Shown: positions 21,097 through 27,224 of the stretch, in pieces
How the letters are laid out: every line of letters begins with the position of its first letter
How positions within the stretch are numbered: position 1 is the first letter of the stretch
From: Lachnospiraceae bacterium
GTDB lineage: Bacteria; Bacillota; Clostridia; Lachnospirales; Lachnospiraceae
NCBI GenBank assembly: GCA_022787145.1
Contig: JALFVM010000050.1
Location: 1,161-65,160 of the forward strand
Length of the DNA stretch: 64,000 bases
Direction: 5' to 3'
Program-made: the position numbers and the translations under genes
Notes under the pieces: model-generated
What the model was told of the DNA's origin: nothing
The model's input: the letters and a program-made list of their open reading frames with translations, nothing else
Database searches by the model: none

Positions 21097-22044
21097 TTAT
21101 AATTCAATATGCGCAATGACTGCTTTCAGTGCATTGGCACTTGCCTGCAGTTTTTCAATCTCATGCTTATTCATCCGCATCGGCACCTTACCCTGAATAC
21201 CGTTCGGTCCCACCATCGTCAGTGTACTCAGACAAACATCTTCAATTCCATACTCTCCGTGCATCATGGAAGACACCGTTGCAATGGAATCAGAGGAAGC
21301 AAGCAAAATATTGCACAGCTTGCAAACTGCTGTTGCTACTGCATAGAAGGTTGCACCTTTGTTTGCAATCACCATACCGCCGGATTTGTGAACATATTCT
21401 TCCAGTCCTTCCTTATCCAGAGGCTCGATATCCAGTCCTTTCGATTTTGCCAGCTCATAATATTCATCTACGCTCACACCGGAAATATAAGCGCCTGTCC
21501 ACGGAACAAACGACGTATCTCCATGCTCACCAAACACATATGCATGAATATTTTTCTGTGCAATTTTATATTGCTCGGAAATTCCGCAGCGCAGACGGGC
21601 AGTATCCAGAATCGTTCCGGAACCGATGATCTGGCTCTCTGGCAGACCAGAAATTTTTGTAAATACATACGTCATAATATCAACCGGATTGCTGACAATA
21701 ACATAAAGTGCGTCTGGTGCTGCCTTTACGATTTCCGGAGTAATACTTTTTAAAATATTTACATTTGTCTGGGTCAACTCAATTCTTGTCTGCCCCGGCT
21801 TACGCGCAATACCAGATGTAATAATGACGATGTCAGAACCTTTTGCATCCTCATATTCCCCTGCCTGAATTGAAATCGGATCTCTGAAACAAGTTCCCTG
21901 AGAAATATCCATGACTTCACCAGCCACTTTTTTCTTGTTGATGTCAATCAGAACAATCTCTGATGCGATGTCCTCATGGGATAATGTATACGCAATCGTT
22001 GCTCCAACACTTCCAGCCCCAATGATCGTGATTTTGCTGCTCAT
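21097..22044 (-). CDS. L-lactate dehydrogenase-family 2-hydroxyacid dehydrogenase (Ldh/Mdh; Arg at the Gln102-equivalent position)
   Basis: 315 aa. ITIIGAGSVG Rossmann, GEHGDT catalytic His loop, SGTILDTARLR. The substrate loop reads GIARKPGQTR. Confidence 0.85.
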   Translation of the reverse strand: MSSKITIIGAGSVGATIAYTLSHEDIASEIVLIDINKKKVAGEVMDISQGTCFRDPISIQAGEYEDAKGSDIVIITSGIARKPGQTRIELTQTNVNILKSITPEIVKAAPDALYVIVSNPVDIMTYVFTKISGLPESQIIGSGTILDTARLRCGISEQYKIAQKNIHAYVFGEHGDTSFVPWTGAYISGVSVDEYYELAKSKGLDIEPLDKEGLEEYVHKSGGMVIANKGATFYAVATAVCKLCNILLASSDSIATVSSMMHGEYGIEDVCLSTLTMVGPNGIQGKVPMRMNKHEIEKLQASANALKAVIAHIEL

Positions 22045-22077
22045 AAAGTCTCCTTTCCATTTAAAAAAGCCAATTTT

Positions 22078-22095
22078 TTGTTATTTTTTTAACAA
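22078..22095. promoter_or_regulatory. Rex (redox-sensing repressor) operator candidate upstream of the ldh/mdh-hdr-flx-frd operon
   Basis: TTGTTATTTTTTTAACAA matches the clostridial Rex box TTGTTAA-N4-TTAACAA at 13 of 14 defined positions. Lies 34-51 nt upstream of the ATG at 22044. Confidence 0.6.
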
Positions 22096-22294
22096 TAGAT
22101 GGTTAAAAAAATAAAATCCAGCAAAAGCAGTCTATTATTATATAATTCCAATTTAATATATAATAAAAACACATAAAAAATGCAACGAAAATATTTCCCT
22201 ATATTTTCATATTTTGCAAGATTTTACAAATTCTCCTTTACCACTGTTAAATTTTTATCAACTATATTAAAGATAATACAACTAAATTTTCCGT

Positions 22295-22325
22295 TTGACA
22301 AGCCCCAAAATAATTTTTTTACAAT
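22295..22325 (+). promoter_or_regulatory. Sigma-70-type promoter facing structured element copy A
   Basis: TTGACA (22295-22300), 19 nt, TACAAT (22320-22325). The spacer is 2 nt longer than optimal. The conserved element begins about 27 nt downstream. Confidence 0.4.
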
Positions 22326-22350
22326 TCCACAAAATTCCCGTTTATCGTGT

Positions 22351-22646
22351 CGTATGTGCACCGCTTTTCCCGTCACCGGAACAAATTCCCAACGGCAATG
22401 TTGGGCTTTAGAGCTTCCGAATAGCCATTTGCACAGGGAAGGCTTTCCACATCAAGTGCGATCTCTCCGCTTGTGCGGGCATACCTTTGGCAGATTTTCT
22501 TGTTTGGCTGCGCCGCCTATAGATTGCTTTTCAAACAAACTCGCGCCCTGCGCTCAAACAGTGTTTTCAAAGCAATCGCTATGCTCGCCAAGCCTGCGAA
22601 AATCTGCCAAAGGTATGCCCGCACAAGCGGAGAAATCTGCACTTTG
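22351..22646 (+). ncRNA. Candidate structured non-coding element, copy A (family unassigned; RNA versus ssDNA unresolved)
   Basis: No credible ORF. The 33/33-bp stem 22467-22499 / 22598-22630 encloses a conserved junction and an apical stem-loop (22522-22577). Homologous to the reverse complement of 22777-23078, with compensatory stem changes. Confidence 0.45.
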
Positions 22647-22712
22647 ATTCTGGAAGGTGATTGATCTGTGCAAATTGTCTGTTCTACATGAGTGGCTATC
22701 TTCATCTTTATA

Positions 22713-22744
22713 GGTGCTGTGTGGGCAGATAGCCCACAAGCACC
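22713..22744. other. GC-rich hairpin at the centre of the inverted pair
   Basis: GGTGCTGTGTGGGC (22713-22726) / GCCCACAAGCACC (22732-22744), 13 bp with one bulge. No adjacent U-run on either strand. Confidence 0.4.
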
Positions 22745-22776
22745 AAATGTAAGCATTACATCTTTTGAGAAAATGT

Positions 22777-23078
22777 AGGAGTTTTCCGCATGACCGTGCT
22801 CGTCCGGGAGGGATACCACCGCTCAGGCATTTGGAGAAATTTTCGCAGATTTTTCGAGCATAGCGATTGCTCGCGACGCACTGTTTGAGCACTATGTGCG
22901 AGTTTGCGTCAAGAGCAATCCATAAGCGGCGCAGAAAAAGCAAGAAAATCGACATGCTTGGGCGGTGGTATCCCTCCCGGGCGAGTGGCGGTCATGTGGA
23001 AAAACTCCGGAAGTAAGCAACCCAAAAACTTTGCCGTTTGAAAGTGTTCCGGCGAATAGAAAAGCGGTGCACATACAA
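22777..23078 (-). ncRNA. Candidate structured non-coding element, copy B (inverted, diverged)
   Basis: The reverse complement aligns block-wise with copy A. Its own main stem is 22789-22822 / 22962-22996 (19-bp perfect core CCGGGAGGGATACCACCGC), and its apical stem-loop is 22865-22920. Confidence 0.4.
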
Positions 23079-23091
23079 CCATTTGAAGAAC

Positions 23092-23149
23092 GCAAAAAGA
23101 GAGTACCGCTTCCCCGGCTGAATCAATCAGCGTGAAAGCGGCACTCTCC
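23092..23149 (-). terminator. Rho-independent terminator of glgA
   Basis: Stem GAGAGTACCGCTT (23099-23111) / AAGCGGCACTCTC (23136-23148) with an inner GCTGA/TCAGC helix. On the minus strand it is followed by TTTTTGCG. Confidence 0.75.
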
Positions 23150-23166
23150 TTATATGAGTGCAAATC

Positions 23167-25047
23167 TTATCTTGTTAATTCCAGATACAAATCTTTATAC
23201 TGTTTTGCAGAATTGTCCCAGGAGAAGTTCTTGTCCATATCTCTCTGAACCATCTCATCCCAGCACCAGCGATTTGTAAAATACAATGTCTTCGCTCTGT
23301 TGATCGCATCTAATAACAATCCAGCTTCATAGCGATCAAATGTGAAACCATTTCCTGTATTGGAGTACATATTGTATGGTTCTACTGTATCTTTCAAACC
23401 ACCTGTCTCACGAACAATCGGCACCGTTCCATAATGCATCGCAATTAACTGTGTTAATCCGCAAGGTTCAAACTGAGAAGGAACCAGCAATGCATCCGCT
23501 CCTGCATAAATCCTGTGAGCTCTTGTCTCATCATACATAATACTAGAGCAGATTCTTCCCTTGTAAGCATTTTCATAATACCGGAAGGAATTCTCGTAAA
23601 CATCATCTCCAGTACCCAGCACAACAATCTGTGTATGCTCGTCCATAATCTGCGGAATAATCGCATTCAACAAATCCAATCCCTTCTGATTTGTTAATCT
23701 GGAGATTAATCCGATTACAAATTTGTTTTCATCCTGAACCAGACCCAATTCTGCCTGCAGTTTCCGTTTGTTTTCTTTCTTTTTATCCAATACACTTGTA
23801 ATATCATAATTTGCATACAGTCTGGAGTCCGTAGCAGTGTTCCAGATGTCATAATCAATACCATTCACAATACCTCTTAATTTTCCAGAATGATATCTCA
23901 AATGCGCATCCAGTTTTTCTCCATAATATGCCGTCTGAATTTCTCCCGCATAAGTATTGCTAACTGTAGTAATCACGTTTGAATAAGTTAAGCCGCCCTT
24001 TAACATGTTTGCGTCTCTGTAGCCCTGTTTTAATGCATCTTTGTTGAATACATAATCCGGCAGTCCTGACCAGTACTGAATCGTCGGAATATTGTAGATT
24101 CCCTGGAAACGCAGATTATGAATCGTGAAAATTGTTTTTGCAGAAGTCAGTTTTGTATTTTCAAACAGCGTTCTTAAATATACCGGAACGAGAGCTGCCT
24201 GCCAGTCATGACAATGGATAATATCCGGAATCCAATTCATATAATTCAGTGCAGCCAATGCAGCTTTTGAGAAATAGCAATATTTTGGAATATCATCGAT
24301 CAGGTTAATATACGGATCTCCATCGCTGAAAAATTCCTCATTGTCGATGAAATCATAGACAACACCATCCCACACGTACTCCATGATTCCTACATAAAAA
24401 GCTCTGCCATCTGAACATAAATTCATCTGGAAAGATCCCTTGTATACCATCTTCTCCTGATATTTCCATGGAATACATTTATAGCGAGGAAGAATTACTT
24501 TTACATCACAATTCTGTTTCACCAGTGCTTTTGGAAGTGCATACATAACATCTCCCAAACCGCCTGTTTTTACGAAGGGATAACACTCGGATCCTATAAA
24601 TGCAATACTCCTTCTTGGAGTTGTCGTTGCTTCATATTTGGGTTCTTCCACTACTTCCTTCACCTCTTTAACTTCCTCTACAACTTTTGCTTCTTCTTTT
24701 ACTTCTTGCGCCGGCTTTTCTTCTTTGACAGTTTCTATTGTTTCAACAGGCTTTTCTTCTTTCACAGCCTTCTTTCTTCTCACAGGTTTTTTGACAGTTT
24801 TTGTCTCTTTTGCCGGTTCTTTTTCTTTGACAGTCTTTGTTGTTTTCGCTGTTGCTTTTTTCCTAACAGTCTTTGTTGTTTTCGCTGGTTCCTTTTCTTT
24901 GACAGCCTTTGTCGCTTTCACTGGCTCTTCTTCAGCAGTCTCTCCCCCGGTTTTTGCTGCACTTGCCTCTGCCGGAGCCTCTTTTGTCACTTTCTCCACA
25001 GATTCCACTGCTTGATCTGCAGTTTTTGTTATCTTTCTTCTGGCCAT
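23167..25047 (-). CDS. glgA: Glycogen synthase with about 155-aa Lys/Glu-rich repetitive N-terminal extension
   Basis: GT5 core from IAFIGSECYPFVKTGGLGDV onward (KTGGL motif). The ATG at 25047 has GGAGGTG 6 nt upstream. No ATG codon lies between the annotated start and the catalytic core. Confidence 0.9.
   Translation of the reverse strand: MARRKITKTADQAVESVEKVTKEAPAEASAAKTGGETAEEEPVKATKAVKEKEPAKTTKTVRKKATAKTTKTVKEKEPAKETKTVKKPVRRKKAVKEEKPVETIETVKEEKPAQEVKEEAKVVEEVKEVKEVVEEPKYEATTTPRRSIAFIGSECYPFVKTGGLGDVMYALPKALVKQNCDVKVILPRYKCIPWKYQEKMVYKGSFQMNLCSDGRAFYVGIMEYVWDGVVYDFIDNEEFFSDGDPYINLIDDIPKYCYFSKAALAALNYMNWIPDIIHCHDWQAALVPVYLRTLFENTKLTSAKTIFTIHNLRFQGIYNIPTIQYWSGLPDYVFNKDALKQGYRDANMLKGGLTYSNVITTVSNTYAGEIQTAYYGEKLDAHLRYHSGKLRGIVNGIDYDIWNTATDSRLYANYDITSVLDKKKENKRKLQAELGLVQDENKFVIGLISRLTNQKGLDLLNAIIPQIMDEHTQIVVLGTGDDVYENSFRYYENAYKGRICSSIMYDETRAHRIYAGADALLVPSQFEPCGLTQLIAMHYGTVPIVRETGGLKDTVEPYNMYSNTGNGFTFDRYEAGLLLDAINRAKTLYFTNRWCWDEMVQRDMDKNFSWDNSAKQYKDLYLELTR
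24760..24905. repeat. In-frame imperfect tandem repeats encoding KTTKTVKEKEPAK-type units
   Basis: Repeated CTTTGACAGTCTTTGTTGTTTTCGCTG-like units inside the glgA 5' region. Confidence 0.6.
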
Positions 25048-25172
25048 CTGACACCTCCAAAATTCATTAAACCTTTTTCCTATCTTTTCTTTATATTTCA
25101 GATAGGAATTTGTTAAATTGATTATACCACAAATACTCTATACATACAAAGCTTATCTTATTGTATTTTCTA

Positions 25173-25188
25173 TTACTGTAAACAGTAA
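25173..25188. promoter_or_regulatory. 16-bp palindrome TTACTGTAAACAGTAA (copy 1), about 126 bp upstream of glgA
   Basis: Perfect 7-2-7 inverted repeat. An identical 16-mer recurs at 63652-63667. Confidence 0.35.
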
Positions 25189-25215
25189 TTATTTTTTCTG
25201 AAATTATCTGCTGAC

Positions 25216-25254
25216 AGCCAAAAAGGAATCCTCAATTAACCGAGAATTCCTTTT
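25216..25254 (-). terminator. Rho-independent terminator after the GGGtGRT gene
   Basis: Minus-strand stem AAAGGAAUUCUC / GAGGAUUCCUUU (one G-U pair) followed by UUGG, with the U-run partly in the stem. Confidence 0.55.
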
Positions 25255-25278
25255 GTGCATTAGATTATCTTTTGTAAA

Positions 25279-26283
25279 TTATTTGTTTGCCAACGCTTCC
25301 TCAACAGCTACGGCTACAGCTACAGTCATACCTACCATCGGGTTATTACCAGCACCGATCAGACCCATCATCTCAACGTGAGCAGGTACAGAAGAAGAAC
25401 CTGCGAACTGAGCATCAGAGTGCATACGTCCCAGAGTATCTGTCATACCATAGGAAGCAGGACCTGCTGCCATGTTGTCTGGATGCAGAGTACGTCCTGT
25501 ACCACCACCGGATGCTACAGAGAAGTATTTCTTACCAGCTTCAACGCGCTCTTTTTTGTATGTACCAGCTACTGGATGCTGGAAACGTGTCGGGTTTGTA
25601 GAGTTACCTGTGATAGAAACGTCTACGTTCTCTTTCCACATGATTGCTACACCTTCACGAACATCGTTAGCGCCGTAGCAGTTAACTTTTGCACGAGGTC
25701 CATCAGAGTAAGCTTTGCGGAATACTTCTTTTAATTCGCCTGTGTAGTAGTCATAATCTGTCTCTACATATGTGAATCCATTGATACGTGCAATAATCTG
25801 AGCAGCGTCTTTTCCAAGACCGTTCAGGATAACACGCAGAGGTTTCTGACGAACTTTGTTTGCTTTCTCAGCGATACCGATAGCACCCTCAGCAGCTGCG
25901 AAAGACTCATGTCCAGCCAGGAATGCGAAACACTCTGTATCCTCTTCCAGAAGCATTTTTCCAAGGTTACCATGTCCAAGACCTACTTTACGCTGGTCAG
26001 CTACAGAACCTGGGATACAGAAAGCCTGAAGACCTTCACCGATTGCTGCTGCTGCATCAGCTGCTTTTGTACAGCCTTTTTTGATTGCGATTGCAGCACC
26101 TACTGTGTATGCCCATTTTGCATTCTCGAAACAGATTGGCTGAATGCCTTCTACCATTTTGTATACGTCAAGACCTACAGCTTTTGTGATTTCTGCAGTT
26201 TCTTCAATAGAGCTGATTCCGTATTCTGCTAATTTAGCCAGAATCTGCTTCTCTCTTCTTTCATATGATTCAAATAAAGCCAT
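25279..26283 (-). CDS. GGGtGRT family protein (function unknown)
   Basis: 334 aa containing the eponymous SGGGTGRTLHP motif. Strong RBS (AGGAGGA). Confidence 0.8.
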   Translation of the reverse strand: MALFESYERREKQILAKLAEYGISSIEETAEITKAVGLDVYKMVEGIQPICFENAKWAYTVGAAIAIKKGCTKAADAAAAIGEGLQAFCIPGSVADQRKVGLGHGNLGKMLLEEDTECFAFLAGHESFAAAEGAIGIAEKANKVRQKPLRVILNGLGKDAAQIIARINGFTYVETDYDYYTGELKEVFRKAYSDGPRAKVNCYGANDVREGVAIMWKENVDVSITGNSTNPTRFQHPVAGTYKKERVEAGKKYFSVASGGGTGRTLHPDNMAAGPASYGMTDTLGRMHSDAQFAGSSSVPAHVEMMGLIGAGNNPMVGMTVAVAVAVEEALANK

Positions 26284-26337
26284 TATTTTATCCTCCTATA
26301 TTATCGTTCATGACTGATTTTGATATGTAAGACGGGA

Positions 26338-27030
26338 TTATTCTTTTCTAGGATCAACGATCTTAACCGCATCCGCAACACGGCCATACTGACCCTGAGC
26401 TTTCTCAAATGCTGTGTTTGCATCATCACCAGCTTTGATGAAATCCATCATTTTACCAAAGTTCACGAATTTGTAACCAATGATTTCATCATCTTCGTTA
26501 AGAGCAATACCTGTTACATAACCATCTGTCATCTCCAGATAACGAGGTCCTTTTGCTAATGTACCGTACATAGTACCAACCTGAGAACGAAGTCCTTTAC
26601 CAAGATCTTCCAGACCAGCACCAATTACAAGACCATCCTCAGAGAAAGCACTCTGGCTTCTTCCGTAAACGATCTGCAGGAACAGTTCTCTCATAGCAGT
26701 ATTGATTGCGTCACAAACCAGGTCTGTGTTCAGAGCTTCCAGAATCGTTCTTCCCGGAAGGATCTCAGATGCCATAGCTGCAGAATGAGTCATTCCAGAA
26801 CATCCGATTGTCTCAACCAGAGCTTCCTGGATCACACCTTCTTTTACGTTCAATGTTAATTTGCAGGTACCCTGCTGAGGAGCACACCAGCCGATACCAT
26901 GTGTGAAACCAGAGATATCTTTAATTTCTTTTGCTTTTACCCATTTTGCTTCTTCTGGAATTGGAGCAGCTCCATGGTTTACGCCCTGTGCTACAGGACA
27001 CATCATTTCTACTTCATGTGAATAAATCAT
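26338..27030 (-). CDS. NifU/IscU-N-terminal-domain-like protein, usual partner of GGGtGRT proteins
   Basis: 230 aa. IscU-like segment (KLTLNVKEGVIQEALVETIGCSGMTHSAAMASE). Co-oriented 55 nt upstream of the GGGtGRT gene. Confidence 0.5.
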   Translation of the reverse strand: MIYSHEVEMMCPVAQGVNHGAAPIPEEAKWVKAKEIKDISGFTHGIGWCAPQQGTCKLTLNVKEGVIQEALVETIGCSGMTHSAAMASEILPGRTILEALNTDLVCDAINTAMRELFLQIVYGRSQSAFSEDGLVIGAGLEDLGKGLRSQVGTMYGTLAKGPRYLEMTDGYVTGIALNEDDEIIGYKFVNFGKMMDFIKAGDDANTAFEKAQGQYGRVADAVKIVDPRKE

Positions 27031-27067
27031 TTTAAAACTCCTTTCAATGGTAGATTGACTTTCTGTA

Positions 27068-27085
27068 GTGTTAAATCAATAACAC
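27068..27085. promoter_or_regulatory. Inverted repeat GTGTTA-N6-TAACAC (weak Rex-like half sites) upstream of the NifU-like/GGGtGRT pair
   Basis: The TGTTA-N6-TAACA core is shared with the Rex box. The flanking and inner positions deviate. Confidence 0.25.
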
Positions 27086-27224
27086 AACCTGATGTTATTT
27101 TCTCACAAACTTTCAAATTAGTAAAGAGCAAATTCGAGAAAATTTTTGTAAATATTTGTGCTATAATAATTGCAATTATAACAACAATCTCTTTATTTCA
27201 CTTTGATTATGGAGGAATGATGAC

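Noticed and set aside
22180-23163. Overlapping 60-155-aa ORFs on both strands of the 1.1-kb gap (for example 22180-22647 +, 22554-22955 -, 22909-23163 -)
   Set aside because: None has an RBS, and none is preserved between the two copies of the repeated element, whose indels are not multiples of 3. The conservation pattern is helical, not codon-like.
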